The position numbers and the translations under genes are program-made. Shown here piece by piece: positions 21,251 through 34,989 of a DNA stretch of 64,000 nt (within the stretch, counting starts at the first letter, position 1; each line of letters opens with the position of its first letter). Source of the DNA: Sminthopsis crassicaudata (Eukaryota); contig NC_133618.1 of the NCBI RefSeq assembly GCF_048593235.1, forward strand, positions 46,100,478-46,164,477, written 5' to 3'. Under the pieces are notes generated by a model. It saw only the letters and a program-made list of their open reading frames with translations. It was not told the DNA's origin and searched no databases.

Positions 21251-22509
21251 TATCTGAGGCATATACAATAAGAAGAATTTAGCAGAAGAGACTGAAAATA
21301 GCCAGAAATAAAACATAAGAAAAAAATATGAATGTATATTGAATAGATCTGCCCTATAAAGTGGACCCTACACATTCAGACTTGGGCTCTCTTCAAAGCC
21401 ACATCCTGCCACAAAAAACACTATCATTAAAAGCAACCAGTATAAGTCATCACAGTAGTACCACAGGATATCACCATGATCCAAACAGGGAATACAGCAA
21501 GTTGTTGGAAAAGAGGATTAGGATTATGTTGGTTTCCTGTTGTTTCCTTTCATGCCATCCTGTATTACCTTTCTCACAATTAGCAATCCCCCTACTTCCC
21601 ATGCTCAACAAAAGGGGGCTTTGAATGAGAAAAAATTGCATCTTTCATTATTCAATATAATGGAAATCTATCATCTAAATATCACAACTGTTAAAGGACT
21701 GTCATGTTCAAATTCCACCTCACTGTTCATCGATAAAAGAAACCAAATTTTTTTTTAAATCTTGACTGAATTTTCAACTAAAAAGCATTTGACTTCAAGG
21801 TGACAGACTGGATTCTTAAGAGCTGTTACCACCTTGGATAATTATAAAGCAGAGAGAAATTCAGAGTGATGGAACCAAAAAAAAGCCCACAAAAAATAAA
21901 AAAAAAGATTAACACCTCTGTATGTTTATGTAGGATTGCTCAGGTGGTGTCACTTCTGACATAGAGCTAAAAACACTGCTAAAATAGCTGCCAAGTGGAA
22001 ATAAAAGCAAAAGAAGGTGGGAGAGAAGACCCCAAAATCAACAATTAAGGAGCATCTACTTCTAGGAAAGCTACAGACAATCAGAGCTGAGAAAATTCAG
22101 ATGACTTTAAGTCTTACCAAGGTCACACCGATTCCAAATGAATGAATTGCAGAATTATAGAACTTCAAAATTAAAGAGACACTCAGTGAGCATCTAGTCC
22201 AAATTCTACTTGGAAGAAAGTCCCCCTGCCCTAAACTATGCCGCAAAACTTCAAGTCTTTGCTTGAAGTAAGAAGGAATTAATTGCATGCTCTGCCAGCC
22301 AGTTACCTTAAGACAGCTCTAATTTTCAGGAAGTTTTCTTTGTCACTTCAAGCCCCAATTGTATCTTCTATTAATTCTTCTCTAAGGAACAAGTAAAACA
22401 AAATTCCCATGTTCTGGCCCTTCAGTTACTTAAAAGACATCTCACTATCTCACCTAAATCTTCTCTTGTCCAGGCTAAATAGTCCCAGTTTCTTTGAGTA
22501 ATCATCAAT

Positions 22510-22830
22510 GAATCAATATTTAATATTTATTAAGTACCTACTATGTGCCAGGTACTATACTAAGGATTGGAGATACAAAAAAGATACAAAAAATAGTCCC
22601 AATCCTCCAGGTGCTTACAAATGGGAGTGACAACATGCAAACAAATATATACAGAATGAGCAGGATAAAAAGGAAATAATTAATGAAGAAAAGGCTAAGA
22701 GAGGTTAGGGGAGTCCTCCTCTAAAAGAAAGGATTTTAAGGGTGTTAAAAAAAAAAAGGGATTTTAGTTGGGATCTTATGGAAGACAGAGAAGTCAGTAG
22801 TTGAAACTAAGGAGGGAGAATGTTCCAAAC
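22510..22830 (-). mobile_element. L2 3' region
   Basis: ATTTATTAAGTACCTACTATGTGCCAGGTACTATACTAAG... Confidence 0.75.
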
Positions 22831-23364
22831 ATAAGGGACAGTCTGAGTTATCCTATGGTTAAGATCCTTGGTTGAGTTTGAGGTCCTTCACCATTTGGGT
22901 TACCATTCTCTGGATTCTATTTAGTTTTTCAAGCTTCTTCCTAATAGAGGATGTGCAGAACTGAAAACTGTGTTTCATATAGGACCTGACTCTGTATTTT
23001 CTGGTCCTGGACATAAAATCTCTCAATATAGTCTAAAACTACCCCACCTTGCTCAGCTACCTGAATCACATAGTTCACTAATATCAATTAGTTGACAATG
23101 ATTAAATACTTACTATATATAAGGCTTGCATTAGGCAATAAGAATGTAGAGACAAAAATTAAACAGTTTTGGACCCCAAGAAGCTTACATTCTGTCAGAG
23201 AGACAAAAGAGCTTTGAATCTAATATGGTATTATGGATTTAATGAACCTAATTTCCTCATCATACAGATAAATAAATTTAGGTCAGAGAGAACTGAGGCA
23301 CGTAACACAGCTAGTTATAGGAACAACTAATACTAAACTCAGAATTTCTAAATTCCAGTCGACC

Positions 23365-23582
23365 CACTGGACTTGGAGTGGGGAAGACCCCAGTTCTAAT
23401 CTGCTTTATACATTTTCTAGCAATGTGACTCTAGCCAAGTCACTTAATCCCTGTTACCCTTCTTTCTCATCTGTAAAATGGAGTTAATAATATCACCTAC
23501 AGCCCATGGTTAAATGAGGTAATATTTATAAAACTCTCTGTAAACCTAAGGAACTATATAAATGCTAGTTATTATTATTATT
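23365..23582 (+). mobile_element. MIR SINE
   Basis: CAAGTCACTTAA...CTCATCTGTAAAATGGAG core and (TTA)n tail. Confidence 0.8.
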
Positions 23583-24469
23583 TCAACTCCCAATGAGGAT
23601 CAACAAAGCTCTATCATGGCACACATATAGAAATTAGAAGTGAATATTTCCCATTTGAGAAACCCATCCTAGTAATATAAAATCAACTTTAAGAACTTAG
23701 ATTCTTAGGAGATGAAATACTTGCTATAGCCAATAATCAACAAGGGTCATATCTGAAACAAATTGGGCACTGGACTTTAGTTGCTATTGATTTTATATAT
23801 AATTCCTATTCTTATGGTTTTCAATTGGTATGATAATTAGAAATATAAAACCACAGTGTAACACAATGGATATTTTTTCAAGAGAAACTTCAGCTTAGCT
23901 TTTGCAACCAAGTAAGTTTTATCTCAAACATTTGGGAGGTCAAGACAAAATAATGGAGTGCAGAATAAATGCTTAGGTCATTGGATAATTAGTTTCTTTG
24001 ACAGTAGACTACCTCGAACTAATTTCAGTGAAAGTCATGAAATTGCATTGTTCAGTTCAAATGGAAATTGCAACATCCTTCAAAATGAAAACTCTAACTT
24101 TGGGTGATTCTAAATAACTTCTTGGTTTACTACAACTAGAGCAAAAGTTCTTTGCATGAACTCTTTTTTAATGTTTTAATAACTCCATTTCAGTATAATT
24201 GCTTTCCTTTCTAATCCGATGTGTTATATTTTATGCCTTTGAAAACATGATTCTGAGGAATTCATGGACTTTACCAGGCTGGCACAGAGGTCCAGGAAAC
24301 AAAAAAAAGTTTTTAAAAACCTCTTATACTAGAGGAACACCCCAAATTCAATTTTCCCACCTCTTAATTTTCTGAAGCACTTTAAGCATAGCTTTACGAC
24401 AAAAAAAAAAAAGCAAAAAAACACCCAAAAATGTGAAATGGATGGCTTTCATTAATAATTCCAAGAAAG

Positions 24470-24601
24470 AAGAAAGAAAGAGAGGAAAAAAACAGAGACA
24501 GAGAGAGAAAGGAAAGAAAGAAAGAGGGAGAGGGAGAGAGAGAAAGTAAGAGAGAAAGAAAGAAAGAAATATAGAGAAAGTAAGAGAGAAAGAACGAAAG
24601 A
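24470..24601. repeat. GA/GAAA polypurine tract
   Basis: Visible, adjoins the gap. Confidence 0.9.
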
Positions 24602-25201
24602 NNNNNNNNNNNNNNNNNNNNNNNNNNNNNNNNNNNNNNNNNNNNNNNNNNNNNNNNNNNNNNNNNNNNNNNNNNNNNNNNNNNNNNNNNNNNNNNNNNN
24701 NNNNNNNNNNNNNNNNNNNNNNNNNNNNNNNNNNNNNNNNNNNNNNNNNNNNNNNNNNNNNNNNNNNNNNNNNNNNNNNNNNNNNNNNNNNNNNNNNNNN
24801 NNNNNNNNNNNNNNNNNNNNNNNNNNNNNNNNNNNNNNNNNNNNNNNNNNNNNNNNNNNNNNNNNNNNNNNNNNNNNNNNNNNNNNNNNNNNNNNNNNNN
24901 NNNNNNNNNNNNNNNNNNNNNNNNNNNNNNNNNNNNNNNNNNNNNNNNNNNNNNNNNNNNNNNNNNNNNNNNNNNNNNNNNNNNNNNNNNNNNNNNNNNN
25001 NNNNNNNNNNNNNNNNNNNNNNNNNNNNNNNNNNNNNNNNNNNNNNNNNNNNNNNNNNNNNNNNNNNNNNNNNNNNNNNNNNNNNNNNNNNNNNNNNNNN
25101 NNNNNNNNNNNNNNNNNNNNNNNNNNNNNNNNNNNNNNNNNNNNNNNNNNNNNNNNNNNNNNNNNNNNNNNNNNNNNNNNNNNNNNNNNNNNNNNNNNNN
25201 N
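24602..25201. other. Assembly gap (600 N)
   Basis: Run of N. Confidence 1.
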
Positions 25202-25519
25202 ACAATGTTAGACTTTGATTCAAGGTGATCTAAGCTCATCTCTTGTCAAAACTGTGTGACTACAATTTTAACTTTTTGGAGCCTCAGTTTGGTGTGTGTG
25301 TGTGTGTATTTAGGTACTTTGAAGAGCTTTCTGAGGTCCAAATGATATAAGGCTGCTTATAAAATATTTTATAAAATTAAATAATAATAATATATTTTTT
25401 CAATCTTCTTATACTTTAACCCCTTCCATATACTCTATGATCCATTTAGTTGTTCTTTCTATGTAACAATCCATCTCCCATCTTTCTAGGTTGCACTCTG
25501 TTTCTCTCATGCCCTTCCT

Positions 25520-25815
25520 AACTCTAACTCAGATTTCCCTGTTTGTCTTTAAGGCTCAGCTCAAATTCCTTTTTCTATAAGGCCTTTTCCATTCCCATTT
25601 CCAATTCTTCCAAAGGGTTCCCTATCAGTTTTTCTAAGATCTTCCATTTACACTTTATATATCTTGCATATATATATAGTTATTTGTAATGTTGACTCTC
25701 CAATTATAATGTGAATTCCTTGGGGGAAGAGACCATGTTTTTATTTTTCTTTGTGCTCCCAATATGAGCACAATTCCTGATATATAATGAGTATTTAATA
25801 AATGCCTGTTTAATG
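25520..25815 (+). mobile_element. L2 3' end
   Basis: TTTAAGGCTCAGCTCAAAT...TGAATTCCTTGGGGGAAGAGAC...ATTTAATAAATGCC. Confidence 0.7.
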
Positions 25816-27879
25816 TCTAACTAATTTGGCAGAATAATACATGAAGGGATTTGTCAGCTCACTGGTATAAAATTAGGAGAGGCCCAGACAATTCTGCCTC
25901 CAAATTTTGAATGAAAGTATTCCTTTCTCAAATATGAAATAAACATAAGCATGTCACATGCACTGTGGGTTTTTATATAGGCTAAAACTCAAAAAGCAGC
26001 ACATCTGTGAAATTTTATATTTTAATATAAATAAGTAAGGAAGAAAATTTGCAACTACCCAATGTACTGATTTGTTTGAGTCTTTAAAATACTGAAATAC
26101 TTTTTAAACCATTAAAATGAACATTTATCAACCACATTTAGAAGTTCTACATCAATGTAAGTTTAATTATACTGGACAACTAAGTTCTCTAAACTTTGAA
26201 GATATTGATATATAAGAACTTAATTCTTTAAAAAAAAAGTAAAATCAGTACTTGAATATAATCTAGCAATATGCATCTTTAATGAAAAATGCTCTAGTGT
26301 AATGAGGATTTGATGCATACCTAGATCCCCTAAAATGGCATCACTCACATGGAAGACACAAGAAAACTAATTCTGTGAGACACGATAACTGACATATGTG
26401 GTCATTCTGCATTGACCTTCCATATGGTAAGCAGCCCTTTTCCAGCAGCTGTCTAGCTAGAAATGCCAGCATGTTTTAAATTGCCTGAGTATATTTGGGT
26501 CATTTCCCTACATTCTCACAACTTCTTCATACATATCACATGATGGGGGTAGGATCTAAGGTCTTCCTGTTTTTGTTTCCTCTTTAGGTTATATGACCTC
26601 AAGAATGGAACCTAGATTTTTGGCCTTTTCCTTCATCCTATTCTGTTCTAGATATAGGACATGGAATCTCTAAATTAGGAACTTGAGCCATTACGGTCCA
26701 GTAGACTAAGAATCCAGGCCAGATGTTGCAACCATCTCAATAGTAAAGTCCTATGGTTCAAATGTGCCAGGATGCTAACCTAGTGTGGCTTTGGACTTGA
26801 AGCTGATGGAATTAATGCTACATAGGAGCTAAACTAAATGTCAGCTTAATTCTCATTCCCCTCCACAAAGACAGGATGAAATAGGGAGAATTGTGTACTC
26901 AAGCTGTAAGAGGGATGTTCATATGTTTGTTGCTGCCATATTTTTAAAGTATGTCTTTGTTAAAGCTAATTTGGTGAATAGAGCTAGAGTACTGGTCAAT
27001 AGGCCCATAAAAATTAGAGAACACTGGTGAGGGCTCAAGCAACAAAGATTCAGGTCTCATACAAACAGGGCATTTGGCTTTTGTTCCTATTGATGTTGAA
27101 TGCAGTTGCTACTTTTGTGGCCCTCATTTTGTATGATTATTAAAAATATGAAGCTATACTATGATGATGAATATTTTCTTAAGGAAAACAAGTTTGGCTC
27201 TAGTAACTTTTCTCCCAGATATTTGGGAAATCAAACCAAAACAATTAGCAGCTTACTTTCCCCAATCCCCCTCAGGGTACCAGAGGATCCTGATTGGAAG
27301 AGAACTAGAAGGAGTAAGGACACCAACAAATTTAACATCTGGCCTTGAGAGTAAGATTAGAGCCAACCCTGTTACATTGCTAAAAAAAAAAAAATCTCCA
27401 AATATTATTAGTTACTTTTCCTTTATAGCAGGCAACTCAATATCGGCAGACCACAAGGCTCAGTAACAGTAATTAAGCCTAGGATATAGGACTAAAAGCC
27501 TATTAATATAATGTCTGTCCTGGAAGTAAAATGCATAACTGAATGTCTGCCCTCATATACCATAAACTAATGTAATTTGAACTATGCAATAACAAAGGGA
27601 AATATAGATTCAGTTTCCAATTCGCCAACAGAGTCAGAATTGAGCAATATCAAAAATAATGGTACCACCACGAATATATATCTACCATCAAAACAAATGA
27701 CTTTTCCATATCACCCTAAACACAGAATATATAAACATACCATACAACTAGCTTAGCCACTCCTACTGATGTGATTAATACTGATTCTATAGCCTACTAA
27801 AATCCCTACTTTTTTTCAGCCTCATAACCTTCCCCGTTTTATGCTTATGATTTGACTTTTTTTCAACTTAAGACTAAAA

Positions 27880-28230
27880 TTTTGTTTTTCATTCTATTAA
27901 ATTGCATCTTATTAGATTCAGTCCAGTGTTCTAGCCTAGGCTAGACGTCTAGCCAGTCTTAGCTATTCCTCCTTGCTTTATGACATTTTCAAATTTGATA
28001 AGCCCACCACCCATTCCTTTGTCCAAGTCAATGCTGAAAATATTCAACAGCACAAGATTGAGCAAAGAATTTTGAAATACTCTACTAGAGAGCTCCTACC
28101 GATTTGACAATAAACCACAAATGAGATTCTTTTTGGTGTGGTCGTTTAACCAGATCTGAATGCAGCTGATTGTAGCATTATCTAGTCCATAGCTATCCAT
28201 CTTTCCCTACATTTACTATTTCAGTAATCA
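27880..28230 (-). mobile_element. CR1/L3 LINE RT fragment
   Basis: The reverse complement reads NIFSIDLDKG, compared with the CR1 motif LFNIFINDLDEG. Confidence 0.65.
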
Positions 28231-29485
28231 TGATCAAAAAGGTCAGGAGAAATGGGGAATACGTTAGTTGACACCATTATGGGAACAAAGAATAATGGGA
28301 TTATTTGAACAGAAATATACAAAACCGACAGAAATAGATATCTCAGTCAGTTAATGGGTCAAGCATCATTTACTTAGTATTTACTATGAGCCATCTACTA
28401 TTCTAAGTATTGGGGATACCAAAAAAGTGGTATATTCTCTGCCCTCAAATACCTTACACTCTTATCATGGAGACAGAACCGCATCTTTGGGCATACACTG
28501 AAACTGAAAGAAGAAATGAGCCTTGAGCTGTTGAGATCACAAGTAGCCAGGCAAAAAGCCATATTTTAATTTCTTCACCATCACAAAATTACAATAATTC
28601 TGACTAAGATTATACTAAGAAGTGACCCAAAGTGAAATTAAGCAGAGAGTCAGATCCTTAGCAGAATAGCTCATAGGGAGTTCAAGGCACTAAAACACAT
28701 TCCATATAGAGAAGTCATTCCCTTTTATGAGCCCCCCAAGTTGACTACCAAATTAAAAGCCAATCTTGAAAACTCCATATTTTTGTAGCCTATATTTGGT
28801 TGTAAGAGAAGATACTGGTTTGGGGGAACAGGGTAAGAAAAGCATGAACACCAAGGACTTAGCTAATCAAACAACCAGCAAGTTGAGTGTCCTACTATCA
28901 TTTTTTTTAATGGAAGCTTTTCACTATATGGAACTAATTATCGCCATCTGCAGCTCCATACTTATATTTCCTCTCTAGCAGCTCATTCTTCAAAAACTCA
29001 GTAGCTTCCTCCCTTTACATTTGTAAATGCTGTTGACGGTGGATAAAATCCATGTTTGCTTTGTATTCAAAACCCCTAGGAAAGCTTGTTTTAATCACCG
29101 ACAGATGTTACATTCTGCTTTGCTATGCTTGGCACAGAACTTCAGAGAGGAATAAAAGAAAAATCTTTATTTTATATTTAAATTGTAGATTGTTACAGAC
29201 TAAATAAAATGCCAAATTGTTATTGGAAACAACACAGCCACTGTAATAACGATAGTCGGCATTGCGTTTTTACAATTATAATTTTTTTCTGGCATTTGTT
29301 TAACCCAAGATGGTTTCCACATTTTGTGAAGGGTTGGGTTTTTTTCCCTTTCTGCTGAAATGACTTGTACTGAAGTAGCAGACACATGTAATTTATATTT
29401 ACTAAATAAAATTATGAAATACTGGAAGCATAATGTCCAAGGCCATAGGTAGACTTTTAAATATTCTCTATTTTTCTGGACTCAC

Positions 29486-29547
29486 CTTTCCAAACACTTG
29501 ATTCATTTGAGTTCATTTACAAACATCCATTTTTCCCAAAGACCACT
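29486..29547 (-). other. Candidate 62-nt minus-strand exon
   Basis: Consensus donor AAG|GTGAGT. Acceptor GCTATATTTACAG is only moderate. Confidence 0.3.
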
Positions 29548-30660
29548 CTGTAAATATAGCTCTATAAACTTTTTATCCTTATAATTCTTTTATTTCTTTT
29601 TTTTTCTAGTTTATCATCAAGTTAAAGATTGATGACCATATACCCATTCATTTATTTGTACTTTTGTTTACTCTCTTCATATGTTTCTCACTCCCCCCCA
29701 CACACCAAAAAAAACTGTCAGTACTTTATGAATGGCCATGAAAGAAGTTGTTTCTTTAGGTTCAAAGGTAGATTTCTGACTCATCTCCCATATTTGAAAG
29801 AAAACCCAACTTCTAAAATAAAAGATCGCTCAAACAACCATCTTCTTGAAGCCTCCCCATCTGTCCCCAAAGCTCACCTGCTTCACTAATACCTGAAATT
29901 TCCCACTGACATGGTTTCTGATTTATTTTCTATCCGACAATGTCAGAAATCCAACTGCGCTCCCCAAGACTGGTCCCCAACACACACCAAACTTCCACTT
30001 CTCAGCCAGTACAACCAACCACATTTCTCCTCAGGAATATTTCATCTAATATACATTTACATGGTTGAGTTATTTTTGAAATTCATTTTCATTCCAACCA
30101 GTTAGAACATCCTGATTATTAACTTTATGCTTTCATATTTTTTTGGTTCAGCCCACACAGTTCAAAAATTATTTACTTTAAGGAAAAGAAGGAGGCTTTG
30201 TGAACACTTCAGAAAATAACTAAATCTTCTCAAATAAAAATGACAGCCAAGTGCAGCCTAATACCAGTGGCTTCAAAGGAGGCCAAATCATTAGTTTACC
30301 ATTGTTTTAAATATATCTAGTAAATCTACAACTAGAAAGTGCTTACATTTCTCTAACAGAGTCGAAATGGATGATAGATCATATACATCTATTATGTATT
30401 CTCGTGTGTAAGTATGTATATATATATATATGTGTGTGTGCACATGTATATATGTATACTCATCAATGTACATAAGAGTCAATCTAAAACGTTTTCTTCC
30501 CAGGATAATATAATATCCTTGAGGGTAGGGCTCATTTCTTTTTTAGTAGTTTTCTATTGTCAATTTTACAAACTTGCTATTTCACTGAAAAGACTATGAG
30601 TAACACTAAAGTTAGAAGGAATTCACAGTCTACATCAGATTGCCAAAGGGGTCCAACAAA

Positions 30661-30696
30661 CACACACACACACACACACGCACACACACACACACA
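30661..30696. repeat. (CA)n microsatellite
   Basis: About 18 CA units with one interruption. Confidence 0.95.
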
Positions 30697-31473
30697 AGAA
30701 CTGCTACTGTAGACAATACTATATTTTACTTTTTGGAATCCTTATGGCTGTGTACACATACACAGAAATCTGCATGTCTATCAATTGCAAATTAGAGTAA
30801 CCTGTATGAATTGCTCACCAGAGTACAACTCATCTTAGTACTCAGGATGTTAACATATCAGAATTACAAGAACATCTGATATAGTAGTCAGCCACTGAGA
30901 GGATGGTTAGGGAAAGTATGCTCATCTTTTAAGGGAATTCTGAGTGAAAATGGAACCCTTAAGAAAAAATGATAACCTGACCTAAATCACCTAGGATAGA
31001 ATTCTATTTCAGATCCCAGTTGAATGTTTATGAATGATTTAATAGTGAATAATTTAATAGTTCAATAGAAAAAAATTCTAATATCCATACTAAAATAAAA
31101 GAATAATCATTGGCTCTGTCAGATAAACTTCCCATGTAATAATAAATATAAGCAATGGCAACCACATAAATTTCCACTAAAAGCCAAACAAACAGGTGTA
31201 TATTGGCTTCAGTCTCTTGGATTCCATCACTACAAAGCTCCCCTTCATATGCTTTACAGAGACAAGAATCACTTGGCTCTAGAACAGAGTGGCAGACTTG
31301 CTTTTTAAGAATGCAGACATGTGTATAATGAATTCCTCTTTATATCCAAAAAGGAAGAGAATCATAATGTGAAATATTTCCACCAGAAATCTCATAAATC
31401 ACAGAAAAACTTAATTTCTCTTGCACAAGTTAGAAAATCTTCTTGTGGTTTCTAATATAGTTTTATACCTATA

Positions 31474-31715
31474 NNNNNNNNNNNNNNNNNNNNNNNNNNN
31501 NNNNNNNNNNNNNNNNNNNNNNNNNNNNNNNNNNNNNNNNNNNNNNNNNNNNNNNNNNNNNNNNNNNNNNNNNNNNNNNNNNNNNNNNNNNNNNNNNNNN
31601 NNNNNNNNNNNNNNNNNNNNNNNNNNNNNNNNNNNNNNNNNNNNNNNNNNNNNNNNNNNNNNNNNNNNNNNNNNNNNNNNNNNNNNNNNNNNNNNNNNNN
31701 NNNNNNNNNNNNNNN
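31474..31715. other. Assembly gap (242 N)
   Basis: Run of N. Confidence 1.
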
Positions 31716-32589
31716 CCTATTCAGCTATTTTATTTATATTTGACTTTCAGATTAAGTGTAAATTCAAGACATTCTGTTTATTTGAAAAATTACTTAGGAT
31801 CAAGTCAAAGTGTTTTTTGGCTCCTGTCAACAATCATTTCTTTAAAAACTTAAAAATCTCTCCAAAAAAGTAATTTACATCAATTTCAATGCTTACTGCC
31901 ACTTGGTCAATATAGGTCAATATTTGGTCAATATGGTTTCCTGTCTTCTTTTTTACTTTCCACTTTGTGTTAGATTCATCCATTAGAGTAGTACGATTGA
32001 ACCCAGAGTAAAGAAAAAGTGTTGAATCAAACTACTGTGCATGTATGTATCTTTGGGATTTGCTGCTCATAAAAATAAAGAGTGGCTTAAAGGATCTCAT
32101 TATCCAATTGCCCTTAAGTCTGGGGATACAAAGACAGAAATACTATTCCTGTCCTCAAGGAGCAGTAAAAGACAACATGTAAATAACTGTATACACATAA
32201 GAATGAAGTAATATGAAAGGGGATGCACTAGCAGTTGGGAGAAGAGGAAAGTCCTCCTGCAGATGGAAGAACAAAAACAAATTGATGAGATTATAAATAT
32301 ATTTAACTTTGGGGAATCATCTACTTAATATTTAAAGGAACCTAAAAGACGATCTACTCTGAACTCTACCCAGTCATGAACCATATCTTCAACAAGTGTT
32401 CATCTACCTCCAGTTGAAGACCTACAATAACAGGAGACTTACTGCTCATTGCTGCCTCACTCCTAAAGGATAGAAAGACAGGACAAGCCAGCGTGGGGAG
32501 ATTTTTGAAAGCCTTGTTGGTTAGGTACCAACATATTAGTAGCATAGCATCAAATCAGTAAATCTTTCAATTGATATTCAATTGATTTT

Positions 32590-32820
32590 CAATTGTGTCC
32601 ATCTTTTTGAGACCCCATTTGGGATTTTCTTAACATTGATGGGAAAGTACTCTGCCATTTCCTTCTCCAATTCACTTTTCAGATGAAGAATCAGACAAAA
32701 ATGATTAAATGACTTGCTCAGGGTAGCAGCTCATAAATATCTACGGTCAGATTTGAACTCAGGAAGATGTCTTCTTGACCCACCCCTGGTGTCTTATCCA
32801 CTTCACCATCTAGTTGTCCC
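32590..32820 (-). mobile_element. MAR1-type CORE SINE
   Basis: GACCCCATTTGGGATTTTCT...GCCATTTCCTTCTCC...ATTTGAACTCAGGAAGATG. Confidence 0.8.
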
Positions 32821-34517
32821 AATCTTTCAGACCTGTAAGTGATTAGTACAGTGGCTAGTCTCCCTGGCAAGGACAGAAAGTTTCTTTCTTAAAAATGAAA
32901 AATTATAAATACTTCTAAATATAAATAAAAAAGTTAAATCATGAAATTATAAAGGTTTTTAGTTATAATAGAACTTAGAAATTATCTGGATCCAACCTTT
33001 TGTTCAAAATATGAGCAAATCAAGACACATAGAAATGAGTAGACTGATTTACCCAGGATGACACCATATTTAATAGTTGAGGTGGAACTAAAAGCTGAGC
33101 CTATTAATTTCCAATCCAGTGTTCCCGTCATACAGTATAAAAAGAAAAGAAAAACTTCTTTTCAAGTAAAAGAAAATCTTTTCATTTTACAAATAGAAAC
33201 CTACAAAGTCAGCAAATGTGTTTAGAAACAGAATTCAAAATATTTTTCAGAAAGAAAATATTCAAAAGTTTTTTTTGCTAGTAATAGACCTAATGACTGA
33301 AATTTTGCCAAAGTATTATATATTTGAGCATTATTCAAAAGACTAAGTTTCTGGTTGAAAATAACTATAGGAGAGTCTAGAAAAAAATTTTATGTGATCC
33401 TATTATACCATGGTTTTTTTTCTTGATTAGTAAAAATGATCAGTTTTATTCTATTTTTATAATGTCATCTAGAACTATTCTCCCAAACCCCACTCTCTAA
33501 CAGGCTAGATCACAAGATCTTCTCTACTACTTGTCCCCTCAAAGTCTAGGGATAGGTCTGAGGAGTTGGGGGTTATAGGTGGCATATGTTTTATAAAACA
33601 ATGATTTCCCACCAAAATCTATAACATTTTTCCCACCAGTACATATAGAATTCAAGGAAAAGAGGACTCAAGTCAGAAAAAGGTATTTCACAACTTGTAA
33701 TCCTCAAAACACTCCCTGTAGGTGTAGTATAGCTTTTCTGCTGGGCTCTCTGTAAATCCTCAAGTCTTCCTTTCCTCATCACCTCCAGTCTATCATTGGC
33801 TCTCTCCTTTCTACTACCACAATATGCTCAAATCTCTTGAGTTCTAGATTAGTTGACCATCTTTTAGAAGCTTCCTTTAGGACATGAATAATTCCCTCAA
33901 ACAACCCCAATGTATTTTTTTGCATCTAGTTAAAATGCTTTTTTAATTGTTTGATGTCCAATTATTGTCCGGTCCTTTTTCACTCCTGGTTCACATTTTT
34001 GACTGAGATCATTTTGACATGGTCTCATACAACAAAGTTATCAGTTACTTGAAGTTGAGTTGGTAATTATCTAGGCTGACCTCATATAGGCATCTTATAC
34101 TTTTATAGCAAAAATTATCACTATTGAGAAATATTCATGTCCCAAATCTGTTCCTTATGACTCTACATGAATGAACAATGAAGGATCAATGAATGTAGAA
34201 GTAGGAGAGATCTTAAATATCGTCTCTTCTAACATTTTCATTTTATATTAAAAAAATGGAGGTTAACCAAAGAAATTAAGTGACTTTTTTCCAAAATTGC
34301 AACTAGCAAGTAATAGAGCACGGATCTCACTACTCACAGAATTGAATCTCAGATTTCATCAACTTCAACTCATAACTGAACAGCAAATTTTCTTTCCCTC
34401 CCTATCCCAAACCTCCATCTCCTAAGTCCTAAATGGTGGTAATCCAGACTATTTGAAGTAAAGGAAAATCTACTACAAAATGCTCTATTCTTATTTTTAA
34501 AAAAAATTATAATTGCT

Positions 34518-34898
34518 GTTCAATAATAAAGAGAACCAGCTACACCCAGTGAAAACACTAGGAAATGAGTGTGGACCACAACATAGCATTTGCACTCTTT
34601 CCGTTGTTGTTTGCTTGCATTTTTTTTGTTTATCTTCCCAGGCTATTTTTACCTTTTTTCTAAATTTGATGTTTCTTGTACAGCAAGATAACTGTATAAA
34701 TATGAATACACATATTGAATTTAGCACATACTTTAACATATTTAACATGTATTGGACTACCTGCCATGTAGGGGAAAGAAGGGGTGGGGGGAAGGAAGGG
34801 AAATTTTTGAACAGAAGTTTTTGCAAGGGTCAGTGTTGAAAAATTACCCATGCATATGTTTTTTTTTTCAATTAAAAAGCTATAATTTAAAAAAAAAG
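34518..34898 (+). mobile_element. L1 3' end with degenerate 16-bp TSD
   Basis: L1 3' UTR and poly-A. AAAAATTA(T/C)AATT(G/A)CT at 34502-34517 and 34899-34914. Confidence 0.9.
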
Positions 34899-34989
34899 AA
34901 AAATTACAATTACTAGGAACTTTTGAGCCCAACTTTTTTTAGAACTTCTACCATAATTCCTAATTCTGCCTTTCAGAAAGAGATAGACC

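Noticed and set aside
19942-31873. Long ORFs at 19942-20301, 24348-25239 and 31421-31873
   Set aside because: They span N gaps and simple repeats.
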